From contig OZ287698.1 in assembly GCA_965649825.1 (NCBI GenBank), positions 62,001 to 126,000 of the forward strand: a stretch of 64,000 bases of DNA, read 5' to 3'. A model generated the notes under the pieces. It was given only the letters and a program-made list of their open reading frames with translations, was not told where the DNA came from and did no database searches. Each line of letters opens with the position of its first letter. The first letter of the stretch is position 1. Positions 13,856-27,864 of this stretch are shown piece after piece. Position numbers and translations under genes: made by a program. The DNA is from Penicillus capitatus. Lineage: Eukaryota > Plantae > Chlorophyta.

Positions 13856-15404
13856 CTAAACATCGAGCATCGAACAAGGCAAACTCCACTTTAGTGGGCT
13901 GGGCAGACCATTTGGATCTCCTTTCATAACGGCTTCTGCTGCCAGGGAACCCAGCAACGCATGATACAGCACTCCACGAGATCCAAGTCCACTAATCACC
14001 CAGATATTTGGCTCCATGTATCCCAAGATCGGCAAGGCGCCGCGTTGGGTCATGGGTGGCAAAGCTCTGACCCCTGTTCTTAACTGAATGGCGTGCCAGC
14101 CAGAAAGGTGCTTCCAGATTTGAATGGCCTGATCGCGAAGATGCGATCGAGTCTCAGAAACATACGAGTCCCTCCACGACTGTTCTGCATTGTTCTGCAA
14201 CTCGCACAGAGCTTGATCTGGAGTGACGCCATATTTCTTTGTCGCTCCGACGATCAGATGATCTTCTCGGTCAGATGCCAAATAGATGCTCCCTAGCAAA
14301 CTGGGACCTAAGAAGCTTGATCCTCCAATTGATCCAGCGCTGAATTCAAGTGCCGCGCCCTGATAGCGATACCAGAGCCATCGAAAGGAAAGGGAAACGG
14401 GAATACGTGACACAGTCTGAGAGGAAGTTTCCCTCTCAACTCCGTGAGACAGTCAACAGCAGCGCCGGCGGCAACGATGATAGCATCTAATGGTCCATGC
14501 TGCCTATTCAGATCAGTGCATGAGAGAACGCGATCCTTGTGCAAGGAGAGACCCAGTCTTCCGTCCGAGTCCTCGACAATGTACTGCAGTTCATCACAAT
14601 CGCCATTGCAACAACAGCGAGATCGTGTTACTTGACAGGCACGCCAGATTGCCTTCATATAGTTCCTTGAGTTGAGGACACATCCTGTTGGAAGGAAGAG
14701 TCCATAGAAGTCGTCGCGGGATCCATCGGGATGGAATGAGATTTCCGGCAACCGTTCGTGTGCTTGGACTCTTGTCACCTTTAATAGATGTTCTGTTTCG
14801 ATTGCTTCTGCAAAACTCCGTCTTTGCTTTTCTGTTCGAGCTTCGAATAAAAGTCCTCGTCTGCAGCAAATGACCCCATCGCCTGTGCAACGGAGATCTC
14901 GGTCGACAGAACCTTCATCGATCCCGAGACCTTCTTTAAACTCTTCTGCTGTTCTTATCATCTTTTCAACCTCCTGCATCGCCTCCTCTCCCATCCACAG
15001 CAGCTATAGGTGGACATCCATTGCGGCAATGCAACAGAGAGACTGAAAACCCGTCCACGTGGACTGTAGGGATGCAGCATGCCTGCAGAGACACCCGATG
15101 CTCCACCTCCGACACCATGCATGTCGAAGACGTCGATTTGGGCAGCCTGTCTGCTGCGATGGCACTGTCGCTAGGGAAGAAGCAATCACGCGTCGAACGA
15201 TGGGGCAAGCACGGCGATAAGAACAACCAGGAGATGATAGGTGGCTGCCAAACCAGCAAATCCAGCACCGACGATCCCATAACGCTGCGTCGTCTTCTTA
15301 ACAGTCTGTTGTTGTTCTAAAGAGGCTGTCGGAGAGAGACATCAGCTATTGGAGATAAGCGGCCTTTCCTTGCTTGAAAAGCGACGTGCAAGCGAAGAGC
15401 GCAT
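13856..15404 (-). CDS. FAD-dependent oxidoreductase (DAO / glycine oxidase family)
   Basis: N-terminal RYGIVGAGFAGLAATYHLL (a frame not in the ORF list), IIVAAGA, IVGATKK, RTGVRA, ISGLGSRGVLYHALLG. Start uncertain. Confidence 0.88.
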
Positions 15405-15439
15405 CGAATTCGTCGGCGCGGCACTGGACGCGATCGCAC

Positions 15440-17379
15440 ATGCATGCGCAGAAGAACAGTATATCGTGGTCGTCACTGCGCAACGATCCATCGACAGCTA
15501 GTCGATCGGATTCGGATGCTTCTTATTCGGGTACTTGGACAAGCAGCTCCTGGGAAAGGCAACTGAACTGCGTTTGTCTGTTCGGAGATTCCTCGACGAG
15601 CGATTCGCTCCCAGACGAATTGGCATCACAATGCGGGGACTCCGTTTCTTCTCCAGATCTGCAGCCGAATGCAGCAGACATGCTGAATCAACAGATCCTT
15701 TGTGTGAATGGATCTGTGAGATATGGACCCGTGACGCTCGGCACACTCCGTCTGATGACGGATATGTACTCGTCTAATGTGGACAAACGATATCGGCAGT
15801 ACAAAGCATCCTTCCAGAAACTGTTCAACGAAGCCATCCGAGTGCATCAGCAAATCCAAATGATCCTCATCCGATAACGTGTGACCCGTGTTCTGTTTGT
15901 GCTTCTAGAGACTTGGAGATGGGATAGATATGAATGTCCACGAATGTCTGGCCTTTTTCAAAGATTACACGGACCGTGTCCATCACATGTCTGCAAAGTG
16001 GATGAAAGAGACAAAGAAGAGCGAAGTTCAGTTTGGGCTGCGTATGCATCGATTCGCCTCACACGCCTTTGCTCAGGCTATACAACAGGAACTCACAGCA
16101 CGACACCTTCTCTATACCAATAAAGTCGCCATTGCTGCAGCATCCCTCCCTCTATCTATATCATTCTCCAGATCGATGCTCTTGAACAGAAACACAGAGA
16201 GGAGATGAAGGCTGTCAGAGTGGGATCGGCTATTGAATTGAAGGTGGTTTGTGTTTTACCTGACTTTGTTGGTCGGCTGTGCTCAACGCTGTAGCGCAGA
16301 AAATGTTGATGAAGCAAGAAGCGGCATTCAACGTCTCAACAGAGAACAGTCTCAGGCTTCTTGATCAACGGAAGAATGAAGAAGACAGACTCCAAGAGGT
16401 CCATGCAAAGAAAACGGCGCGTGAGCTGAGGTTCTGCAGAGCTGAGGTGCGCGTTCGCAAGAGTTGACGCGTCGTTGGGGGAGTTCACTGTGGTTTTGCA
16501 GTGCGATGCTCTGAAGGAGAGGCAGAAACATCTCGTGGCTGAACTGATGGCAAACCAAATGTGGAAAGAGAAATTCGAACACGTCTTTCCAGTCCACTCT
16601 GTATGTCCATGTCCATACATTGCCTTTAGGAAAGAGACGTCCGTCTGGAGAACGAAGATGCCTATGAAACAGTGATCCATCGACAGAATGCGCAGATTGG
16701 AGAATGGCAGAGAAAGCAGGAGAGGGATTGTGCCAAGAAGAAAAAGGCAGTCTCCAGACGAAAGAGCAAGATCTCTCAGTTGAAAGAAGAGCTGCAAGGT
16801 AGATGCCTGACATTCGAGTGCCGTGTGTAACGGGGTGGAAGTGCAGCTGAACGCGAACGCATTCAACGAATGTCGATAGATTTGTGCAGACTTCGACAGT
16901 ACACGCATCAGCCTCCGAAGCCGCCAGGGAGAGCTGTCACATCATCTGGAGGGAAGAAATCGGAGAGCAGTGGCGGCACAAGAACACAGTCAGGATTGGA
17001 TAGGAGGTCTCTGACGTCGGACACAGGACGGAGCACAGCGGAATCGTCCAACAGTCATGCACCGACATCTGAGGATGCAGATCAGCAAGGGGCTTGGATG
17101 CTCAATGACAGTATCCAGAAGAGATACTCAGTGACATTTGGATCGATTGTACACACAAACGAACCCCGATTAGGAAAGAAGACCAGTTTCGTGTTCGGAA
17201 TGGGAGATGATGCATCACCATTGCCTCCGTATCGCAGAAAGCAATCGATGAAGCTCCCTCAGGGAAGATTGAGTGCTTTTGGTCAGACATTGAGTTCCAT
17301 ACCCCAAAGCCATGCTTCGCCTCCCGAACTGACAGCACTACAAACGAAGGGCTTGATTCGACAGGCAGAATACACTTAA
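15440..17379 (+). CDS. Multi-exon coiled-coil protein of unknown function
   Basis: Consecutive + strand ORF fragments (15374, 15930, 16279, 16475, 16870) rich in E/K/Q/R helical sequence, separated by GT-AG segments; no family recognised. Confidence 0.6.
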
Positions 17380-20300
17380 GACATTCCTAAATCCCGCAAT
17401 GTTTCTGATAAGGACACGGCATCGCCAGAAAGGACAGCTGCTGTCAGACCTGTAACCACAGAACAATGCTTTTCGATTCGGAATCGAAAAACGAGACTTC
17501 TCAGTTGTCCGTCGCAAGATTTTTTTGATCTGGCAGTGAGATTGATGAGCTCCTTGAGTCGTGGAGTCTTCTCTCTGGCGGACAACCGGGTTTCCAACTG
17601 AATGATCAGATCGCCGTCGTCCGTCTCATCACAGTGCTCGATGATCAGAGAAGCGGCAGTATCTGCGATATCGTACATGCGTTCCTCATTAGCTGCATCG
17701 TGAAGTGCAAGACCCAACTGTAATACCTCTCGAGAGACCTCCACCTTCAACCTTCCAACCAACAAGTCATCTCGAAGACGAAAACCGACAGATAAAGGAC
17801 GCTACGTACTTGGTGGGTGGTTTAGATGTGTATACTTTCAATGGGACACTCCAATCGATCGAATCGCCAGACAAGGCATCGTGCAAACTGGGAGGCGTCT
17901 CAGAAGGGAAGGCCTCCCTCGAAAAGGGACTCTTTGTTGGGGTGCTGGTATCAGGGGACTAAAAAGTGTATGAGACGATGGGCAGGTGGATGGTATGCTT
18001 ACTCTAGGCGGCGTCGACGGTTTGTCTCTCAATGTTTCTCTGAATTCAGGAAGGCGGACGACCGCTTCGGGCCGTCGGCAGCCACTCGCAATGGCTTGGA
18101 AGCAAAGCAGTGCATGCTTTAGATACCGTGCTTCGATGGCTGTCTTGAGTCTGAGAGGAAGAGACAGACCAGGAAGCTTCAGTACTTCGATCGTCGATTT
18201 CTTGCCCATCGTCAGAAACAGCTGACCCAGACAATCGGCTGACATCTTGCCCATACCAGCATCGCGGGCAGCTACATATTGATCGTCCATTCCATGTACC
18301 AGAGCAAGAAATCCTGCCACAGATGATGATTGCATGGATACACGTTTGGCGCACCTGGATAGTTGACGTCGATAATGAAAGGACGTTCGTGGGTATCGAT
18401 GACCCAGACTTTCCCTTTAGAGGCATTCAGAATCTTCAGATGCCCAATCGGTCTCGGTTTTCTCGCGCAACTGTACTGTTCGACAACGCCTGTCAGCCAG
18501 TTTGGTCCGCTATTGAACGAGGCCAGTACAATGACCTGGATGCCATTCTTCTTCAGATGAAACAGAGGGCTGACATACTTGGATGGCATGTACGGCATCG
18601 ACAGCTTGATCTTCCTTTGGCCTCTGAACAACAATACACTCGATGCTCTTGTGCGTTGAGACATAGAGGAAGTCATCTTTCCAGATGCCGTGAACGCTTT
18701 CCTCTACTGGCAGTGCAGAAACCGGTTGAAACCTGTTGTTGCCTACCCTGCCGGACACGCTGTCTTAAAAACAGAAGGAGTGGATATGGAAGACAGCCAT
18801 ACTGGCACAGGAGAATGTGAGAGGAAAAGGCCAGAACGCAGAGATCAAAGTTGGCAGACCATGCAAGCCATTCAGGAGCGTCCAGTTCATCGCTGCAGAT
18901 GGACAGCGTTTCCCACGAATAGAAAGCAAAAGGCTTGCTGCCTCCAGGTCTGTTCGTATACAACACGCCAAGTATGGGTCCGCCGAACAGCAGATCCGGA
19001 ATATTGCCTTCCGTGAGCAGCTCTTGTGGATGCGTCGATTTCAGATGGTAGATCTGCGACACAAACAGCAACATCGAGCATGACGGATGGACACTCTACA
19101 GTCATGATGCGCACTTTTGCAGATGGAGGGACTGGCGTTTCTGCGCCCTGGCTTTGCGAAGACTCTGCTCTGGAACGAAGGCGATTCAGTGTCTTCTGTG
19201 ATGTGCTCGTCGGTGCAGGCTGAGGAGAATCGAGAGCAGCCACTCTGTCTGAAGAAGCACTCCATACAAGGGACTTGCCCTGACCCTCAAACCCTCTGTC
19301 ACAGAAAACATTATCAACAACTGTACAGTCACCCTTCGTCATACTCTGTCCACGTTGCGCCGGTGTTCATCAAGATGATGAATCGATTGACGTCTGTGCG
19401 GATCACTGCTAACTTTGAATGGTCAGGAGACAGCTCTAACTGGAAGTGCCCACTGGAGCCAAAGATGTCAGAAAGTTCCAACACTTCACGATCCATGATG
19501 GTTTCGATCGAAGTGTGTGGCATGTTATCTTCTGAAGATTCCTAAAAAGTGGTTGTCGGTGTTGGAGTACTTGTATACTGTGAAGATATCATGACTACCT
19601 GCCGCACGACCATGAACTCGGATTGCAGAAGACTTCTTCCCCTCAGTCTCAAACATGTCAGTTCCAAGGATTGCTTGGGTGTTCTGGGAATAGGCATCGA
19701 TACCGTTGTGCCCATAAATGGGAAGGCCAGTTTCACCACCATGACGCCTATGAGGCAACAGTGCCCAAGAGGAAAGCATGGCGCGTTCTATACCCGCATT
19801 CATTGCTAAGAAGGCCCACTGTTTCTGCAGAGGATGCAGAGCTAGATGATAGATCTTTGGCGCTTTCTTGAAAGCAGGCGGCATCGATGGTGCCGGATCA
19901 AATATCTTGAGACAACTGCCTCCAGCAATGGTCGTCCCAAAGATCATGTTCTGGGCACCGAGCAGAATAGGACATCGATCAGGCGTGCACTCTAACGGAT
20001 GGCATATCTCGATCGAATGAAACGGTATCTTCTGATTGGGAATGCGAAACTTTGACGACAGTCGCATCCCATGAACCTCATAGATACCAACTGAACGATC
20101 TCCACCTGTGCTCTTGTGCTGAGTAAGATGGAGTTTGAGATGGGAGAGACCTACCGAGAGTGAAGATGCCCGAGACATTGGAATGGGGCGATGAGAATCC
20201 GATCGAAATGGATACCACTTCTCCATCGTGTGCTTTGGAGACTGTTGTTATGGGAGGCAATGATGCTCCTGACGCAGAGACTGTTGGAAAGGGATCCCAC

Positions 20301-21443
20301 AGACAGAGTGTCCCTTCTTGCGAACCAGAAACGAGCAGGGTTGTTGTCTGCGAAGTGTGCAGAGATTTGAGGCACGTCACTGGCGGCGATTTATAACCAA
20401 GTCTCACAACAGTCTGCACGAACACCGCCGTGAAGACGGGTTGGCGAAATGCCTGCGGATGGACCTTGAACGTGGTGAAGGATATAAGACGAATGGTGCC
20501 GTCGCTGCAGCCAATCGCAAGGAAGGTGTCATCCGTTGAGCCGCTGGATGGTGTCGGGGTCGTGCCAGAGAGAATTGCAATACACGTTGGATTCTTGGAG
20601 TCGAGTGCGATCTTTGTCAATTCATGGCTCCGGTGAGAGATCAATTCGTGAAAGAGAATCTTATTCTCGCACACGAAAACCAGCCACCTACCCCCATGAC
20701 AGCATACCAATATGAGAGCTGTGCTGGCTAGTGTACGGCAGACCGATCCTGCACAATGGCTGTGCTTCCTGGCACGTCTCCATGGATCTGTTCTGCAGGG
20801 ATGCCTTTAATAATAGAGATGTCGGACACGCGCTGCCAATACAGTGTCTCGACGTCCATGAATTCAATCATCTTCAGCTTTCCAGATGGCGTCTTGCTGA
20901 CAGACTGTTCCTGAGATGTCTTCGTTCCCCAATACGCCGGATCCACTTCTGCCATTTTCTGCAGAGAATGGTAATGCATGGCAGATTCATCGATCCCTCC
21001 AAACTGAGCCGTGTATAGAATCTAACAGAAAGGCAGAGGGAGTCACGATGCCTCTAATGCGAAACCAGAGTACCTCTCCCGTGTGCCAATTGAATATCTG
21101 GGCTCCACTGTTCCTGTCGACAATGCCGAGCCAGTGCTGAACAGGATGCGCCGAGACATAGGATATCTACACAGGACGCCATCGATGCATCGAGACGTCG
21201 AGCTCATCACTAGGAACTTTGTTGCCCGCAGGCAGAAACGCCTTTAACGTCGCTTCTCTGGTCGTCATCGCACTCACGTAATTTCGTTAAATAACAATAG
21301 ACGATCAAAGAGCAAGCCGGTCGCTGTCGACGGATATCGTGACGTAATAAGGTAAGCTTCTTTTCGATTGGCATCACATACATCCTGTGCAGATTCTCAC
21401 AGTGTTTGGATTGAAAGAGTGAAAGAGTGACCACTGAGACCAT
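17376..21443 (-). CDS. TWD40: TWD40/TTRAY WD40 subunit of the TPLATE/TSET complex
   Basis: HPVQHWLGIVD...FNW, LAIGCSDGTIRLIS, LLVSGSQEGTLCLWD, KAHDGEVV, KIYHLALHPLQ and YSWET match my recollection of TWD40-2-like proteins; many short introns. Confidence 0.8.
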
Positions 21444-21764
21444 TCATGTGATGCCCATCTCGAAAGATCTTTGAAAAATCCTTATCAATGCTGACCAATC
21501 AAACAATGAAGACTTTGCGCAAGAGAGAATTTAAAACATGAGTGCGGTTCGAGAGGCGCCCCATCCTCTTTGCTGGCTATTCAATGACTGCTTCTACCGC
21601 TGTTGTTTCTTCCATTCCTGCTATTCTCAGGCACTCCTTCAGCATCGTGCGCATGCAGATACTCGAGGAGTGCGGCCATGCCACTAAGGAAGCTATTGTT
21701 GACACTGGAATCGGAATTTCCATAAGACTAAACACAATGCGATGGTGAAAGTCTCGTGTGCGTT

Positions 21765-23402
21765 TCAAAGATTTACTGTTTCTGCTCTCTCCGTCAGTAA
21801 AAGCGTCGGCCTCACAGTACTCAATGCCTCCTTGAAATCCTCAAACGAACAGGCTCTGCATTCGATGTTGGATGTCTCATCCAAATCTGTCACTCGACCA
21901 TTTCCATCGCGCCTGTCATATACAGGCATGCATGCTCAGTATGATAACAGCAGCGATGCAGCAGGTGAGCCTACTCTGACTTAACGATGGCTTCGATGAT
22001 GGGCCTCTTGGCTGCTTGAGCGCAGACTTCTAGGAGATGACTTCCACTGAAGTCCTTTGTGTGTCGCGCAATCCATTGCAACGGTGTCAGTCCATCTTCG
22101 ACGGGACGTGGATCCAAAAGAATGGAGGATTCGAAGACAGCATCGCCCATGCCTGTCTCGGCAACATGCTTCCGCAGATATCCTGTGAGAATGGCCTCCC
22201 GTTGTCTCTCTGTTGGCAACGGAATCTGACAGGCATGAAGCTGATCAATGCATGCATGTCTTTGCGCAAGAGTGATGGACCTCATACTGAACAGTAAAAC
22301 GACGGAGAACGGCAGGATCAAGTGCTGAACGACGGTTTGTGGTGCCCATGACAAGAATACGTGAATTCTTTCGGGTGGACATCCCCTCCCAGTACTGCAT
22401 AAACTCAGTTTTCACACTGAGCGACGCCTCATGTTCCGAAAAGCCGCCACGGGTTGTCAAGAAGGAATCCACTTCATCTGCACAAACCATGGAACATTGG
22501 TGTCGATCGACATGGTAACAGGGGATCCAACCGATGAAGACAATGCACGGTTGCAGTTTTTCAGCAAGAGTAAAGATAGCACGCACGAGTTTCTGTGCAT
22601 CGCCATACCACTTGCTCTGAATGGATGCCACAGACACACTCATGAAAAAACATCCACAGGACTTCGCCAATGCCTGAGCAGACAGACACACCCATCACCT
22701 GAGATCTCGACTATCAGAATCTGACAACACCTTTGCAAGCATCGTCTTTCCAGTTCCTGGACGACCGAAAAGCAAAACACCACGTGTCTGGCGCCAAAGT
22801 GTCGTGCAAAAGACGCCACTCAATTGAAGCGGACGGACGGCCTTGCCCAACTGTGTTGCACCACAGGTGCTGCAGATCCGATTGCAGAGCAGCGAGATCT
22901 TACCAAATCTTCGTAAACATCGTCGATGCCAAAAATAGATTCTGGCGCGACATCGATATCATCGGGATTGACAACGGAATCGGCAATCAACTGAGACAAG
23001 CACGAGCAGAAGGGCCATGGATGGCCAAGATTGCAGAGAGAGAGACACCTGTTCCATAGGGTTCAATACCAACTTGCGTTTCAGACGCTTGTTCAGCTTA
23101 TCGGCATATTTCTTGTTTCTCTATAAGGGCGTAGGCTTTATTGGCGCAAGTGCAAATAACGTTGCGACCTTTCTCTCTTCGCGGTTGGGGTCGAGCAACG
23201 AACCGCAGACATAAGCCATCAATAAACCGCCCACGACACTGAGTCCCAAAGAGACAATCTGCAGCAACACATGCGTTCAGCTCTTTGCGTAAGCGCGAGT
23301 GCAAAGACGAGATGCTTTTGCCGGAAGCTTTTTTCCGGAGATGTACGTTTTTCTTACCTCTTTGAGCCAGTACACCTGCTTCTGCTCGCCTGGACTGCTC
23401 AT
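21765..23402 (-). CDS. MSP1/ATAD1-like membrane-anchored AAA+ ATPase
   Basis: N-terminal TM then LDPNREE; GVLLFGRPGTGKTMLAK, SKWYGDAQKLVRAIFTLAEKLQP, DEVDSFL, TTNRRSALDPAVLRR. The 3' end could extend to about 21577. Confidence 0.9.
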
Positions 23403-23607
23403 TTTGAGATTCGAATGTCCGAATGAGACCAAACGAGACGGGAACGAGCCTCTGTCTTCAGAAACGAAGGTAGCGATAAGACGTACTCCGATAAAGATTC
23501 GACAGGGAATCGAACCGCCTCAGGAATGGACTTCAAACGTGATGATGGATGATCGATCATCAACATCTCCATGATCATCATTTCCTGATTATTCTCTCCC
23601 AATAGTC

Positions 23608-25964
23608 ATGCCGTCAGAATCGGAAGAGAAAGAGAAGAAAAGAAGCAAGGAGAAGAAAGAGAAGAAGAAAAAAGAGAAACATGGCGACGGGGAAGAGAAA
23701 TCGAAGACGCATACTAAAGAGCGGTCTCTAGACAAGCGAGACAAGAAGAAAGATGAAGAAAAGAAGCACAAGAAGAAAAAGGAATCGGTGCCAGAAGCGA
23801 AGGCCCCACCTCCAAAGCCCAAACGCGCTTTGAGAAAGCCTGCCCCACAGGTCACCACAGACTATTTGGATGGGATGGATTTGCCGCCGTCTGAGGACGA
23901 AGAAGAGGAAGCCGCTGAGCAGCTGCAAGAAAAGAAGGAGCTGGATGTCAAGGTATCGGACAGAGAGACCAAGAAATTGGAGCAGAAGGCGAGATTGGCT
24001 CAGGAGAAGGCATTGAGAGCAAAGGAGGAGGCATTGAGAGACGATGAGCATGCATTTGATGTATCCTTCGAGGGACAGGGATCCGAATCTACACTCAGCG
24101 CCACAGATGTGGTCGTGCATAAGCTGACCGTGAGAGTAAAGGGGAAAGTGTTGCTGGAGGACACATCTCTGACTATCAGTGCAGGAAGGAGGTATGGATT
24201 GGTGGGGCCAAACGGCATGGGGAAATCAACATTGATGCGACTGATGGCTCAACGTCAGATCCCCATTCCTGAGTACATCGACGTGCTTCTGGTGGAGCAA
24301 GAAGTGGTGGGAGATGAGCGCACTGCCCTGCAAGCTGTGCTCGAAGCGGATGTCGAAGTGACAGAGCTGCAGAAGGAAGAGAAAGAGATCAATGAGAAAC
24401 TCCAGTCTCTGGAAGGAGATGAACAGGACGAAGCATCGGGTCGATTGAATGAGATTTACGATCGACTTAACGAATTGAATTCGTCATCGGCTGAGGCTCG
24501 TGCTTCTAAGATCCTGCACGGATTGGGATTTACCAAAGTCATGCAGAAGAGGTCCACGCACTCGTTCAGTGGAGGATGGAGAATGCGCATTTCTCTGGCA
24601 CGGGCTTTGTTTATTCAACCCACACTGTTGCTGTTGGACGAACCGACCAATCATCTGGATCTGCGAGCCGTCCTCTGGTTGGAAGAGTATCTGCAACGGT
24701 GGAAGAAAACATTGATTGTGGTAAGTCACGATCGGGATTTCCTTAACACCGTGACGACAGATGTCATCCACCTCTTCGAACAAGGACTGCATTTCTACAA
24801 GTCTAAAAATACAGATCAATGGTTTAGTACTGGAATGACGAGCGTTTGTGGCTTCCAGAGGAAACTTTGCGATGTTCGAAGAAATGTACCAGGTGAAGAG
24901 ACGAGAAGTGAACAAGGCGTTTGAGAAGTACGAGAAAGAGATGAAGAAAGCAAAGGCGAGTGGTAGTCGGGCGAAACAGGACAAGGTGGACAAGAATGCC
25001 AAAGTGGCTGCCGCTAAGAGACAGCAAAAAAACAAGAACAAGGGATTCGATATGGATGGAGATGCCACATCCACAACGACGGCGCCGAAGAAATGGCGAG
25101 ATTACGCTGTTCAGTTTGAATTCCCATCTTCGTCAGAACTGGCGCCGCCACTGCTGCAGATGATCGATGTGGATTTCGCCTATCCTGGCAGGGACGACTT
25201 CGGCCTGTCCAATGTCAATCTGGGAATTGATATGGGCTCGAGAGTGGCCATCGTTGGACCAAACGGAGCCGGAAAATCGACACTGATGAACCTTGTGGCA
25301 GGAGATCTGGAACCTGTTCAAGGCGAGTCCAGAAGAAACAGAAAGCTCAAGGTGGGCAGATATGCGCAGCACTTTGTGGATACCCTCCAGATGGACGAAT
25401 CTCCCGTTGAGTATTTGCTGCACAAGTACGTATGACATCTGTCATTGTCGTGCATCCCACACTGTTTTGTATGACGGATATAGGTTCCCCGATTCGGGCA
25501 TGAAGCCAGAGCAGATGCGTGCTAAGCTTGGGAGATTTGGTCTGTCTGGACAGCACCATTTGACACCGATCTGCAAACTCTCTGGTGGTCAGAAGGCTCG
25601 CGTCGTCTTCACCACGATTTCGCTCATGGAGCCACACATCCTCCTATTGGACGAACCGACCAACCATCTGGACATGCAAAGCATCGATGCCCTCTGCGAT
25701 GCCATCCAAGTGCGAACAGACGCCATCCATCCACGACGCATATCATTTCTGAGGAAATCCTGCTTTGCGTCTGTATAGGAATTCGAGGGAGGTGTTGTCA
25801 TCATTAGCCACGATGCGCAATTACTGATGAGTATGTGCGAGGACGAAGAACGTTCAGAAGTGTGGATTGTGGACGACGGCACGATCACGAACTATCCTGG
25901 CGATTTCGATGACTACCGAAATGAACTTGTGATGGAAATCGCAGCAGATCTAGATGCAGAGTAA
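23608..25964 (+). CDS. ABC-F family ATPase (ABCF1/ABCF4-like, translation-associated)
   Basis: Two NBDs: GPNGMGKS / FSGGWRMR / [11 protein letters not shown] and GPNGAGKS / LSGGQKAR / [11 protein letters not shown]; Lys/Glu-rich N-terminus; no TM domain. Confidence 0.95.
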
Positions 25965-26031
25965 CGTCGCTGTTAAGCAAAACCCCTCGATTGCGTAAAC
26001 GTCGTCTCAACGATCTCCGTCATATCGAACG

Positions 26032-27640
26032 ATGTCGGGTCGTCATCCTTTGGGCGTCCAGCCCTGGGGCAATTTCTACGTCGACCCTCAGCCGCCAACG
26101 CGCGATGCTGGACTGGGCCGTCTCGCCGTTCTCTCAGATGTCCTTCTGCTTAAAGTACTGGACACTGTGGATCCTCGATCTCTCGCTCGTCTTGCCGCGA
26201 CCAGCAGAGTCTTGAGATGCTTTGGTTACTGCGAAGAGTTCTGGAAGAGATTTGTCCTTGAAGTAAGTGCGGATCTTTAGTGGCTATGGACAAGGGTGAG
26301 TCATTCTTTGCGGTGAGGAATACGAGGGAGATTTTGAATTTCGTGGCAATTGGCGAGATACTTATATTGTGACACTGGTCGGGGAGCTACAACGGCAACA
26401 GATGCCACACATGCGTCCTGTGGAAGGCTTTTACTCAGATCTCCTCTTTCAGCCATGGTTCTGTGCACATGTGTCTATTCCTGACGAATGGCTGGCGATA
26501 GATAACATCTGCCGTTGCCAAAATCTATCTATGGAAACATTTCGACGCCGATTCGAAGAACCAAACATTCCTGTTGTCTTAACAGACGTCACCGATACAT
26601 GGAAAGCACGGACATCGTGGAACAGGGCATACTTTCGAGAGATTTTCAAGGATCACGAAGTTGTTGTCGGCAACTACCATATGAAATTTGAGAACTATCT
26701 GCGGTACTGTGATGCGCAGCAGGACGAGATGCCACTCTATCTCTTTGACAAAGCCATCTTCGACAAGTGTCCATGTCTTAAGAACGACTTCGCCGTCCCC
26801 GACGTCTTTTCAGAAGATCACTTCTCCTGTCTCGAAAACCGTCCAGACTACAGGTTGCTTTCATCGGGTGTCCGTCTGACAACGAGCGCGTTTGGTGTTG
26901 GTCTCAGGTGGCTGATCATGGGTCCCGAGAGATCCGGATCCTCTTTTCATAAGGATCCCAATTCCACATCGGCGTGGAATGCTGTGATCCGTGGATCGAA
27001 GAAATGGATTCTGTATCCACCCCATACACTGCCACCAGGTGTGCACGAGAGCACAGACCACTCAGAGGTGGCTACATCGATTTCATTAGTGGAATGGTTC
27101 CTCAATTTTTATCCCGAAACGCAAACGCGCAAAGTAACCTATAGACTGCAGATGTCAATGCATGAGGGCGTGTCTTTGGCTCGTTGCAGGTGAAGCCAAT
27201 CGAATGCGTCGTGCAAGAAGGAGAGGTCTTGTTCATTCCCCAAGGATGGTGGCACATGGCTCTGAATTTGGAGGAATCCATTGCTATCACACAGAACTTC
27301 GCGAGCTCTGTCACATTGCCGAATGTCCTCAGCTTCTTGAAGACCAGAAAAGAGGAACTCGTATCAGGACTGCCACTCGAACAGAGGTTTCACATGGATC
27401 ATACCTTCAGACTCTTTGATGGTTGCAATGTCCAGAGCTCGACTCTACGACGAGTTTACAGCTGCTTTGCACAAGACATGCCCAGAGGTACTAACAGGCG
27501 CCATAGAGCGGGAACGTGGACAGAAGCAGTCACGTCTCTCTCAACTATTGTCTGATGGACAATCACTGACAGCAGAAGGAAAGAATTCTAAAAAGGAACG
27601 AATAGATTCATCATCATCCTTCAAATTTGGCTTCTTCTGA
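26032..27640 (+). CDS. F-box + JmjC domain protein (JMJ22/JMJD6-like)
   Basis: HPLGVQPWGN, F-box LAVLSDVLLLKVL, PLYLFDK, RWLIMGPERSGSSFHKDPNSTSAWN, IPQGWWHMALN, ITQNF; Fe-binding HxD..H intact. Confidence 0.93.
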
Positions 27641-27864
27641 ATAGAAGGCGGCCATCGGCTGGTCATTTGGGTAAATGAAAACTCTGGCAGTTTCTGAAAT
27701 CGATGCATCGTGGCTGACAGACATCGACAATCGATGATAACATGACCGTCACTTTCAGATGCCATTGCTGCTTGTCGTTTCAAACTGGCGCATCGCAGAG
27801 ATCGGCTACGGTCCTAAGCGTTCGTCCTTCCGTCCATCACGACGCCCTGGCGGCGGCATATCTC

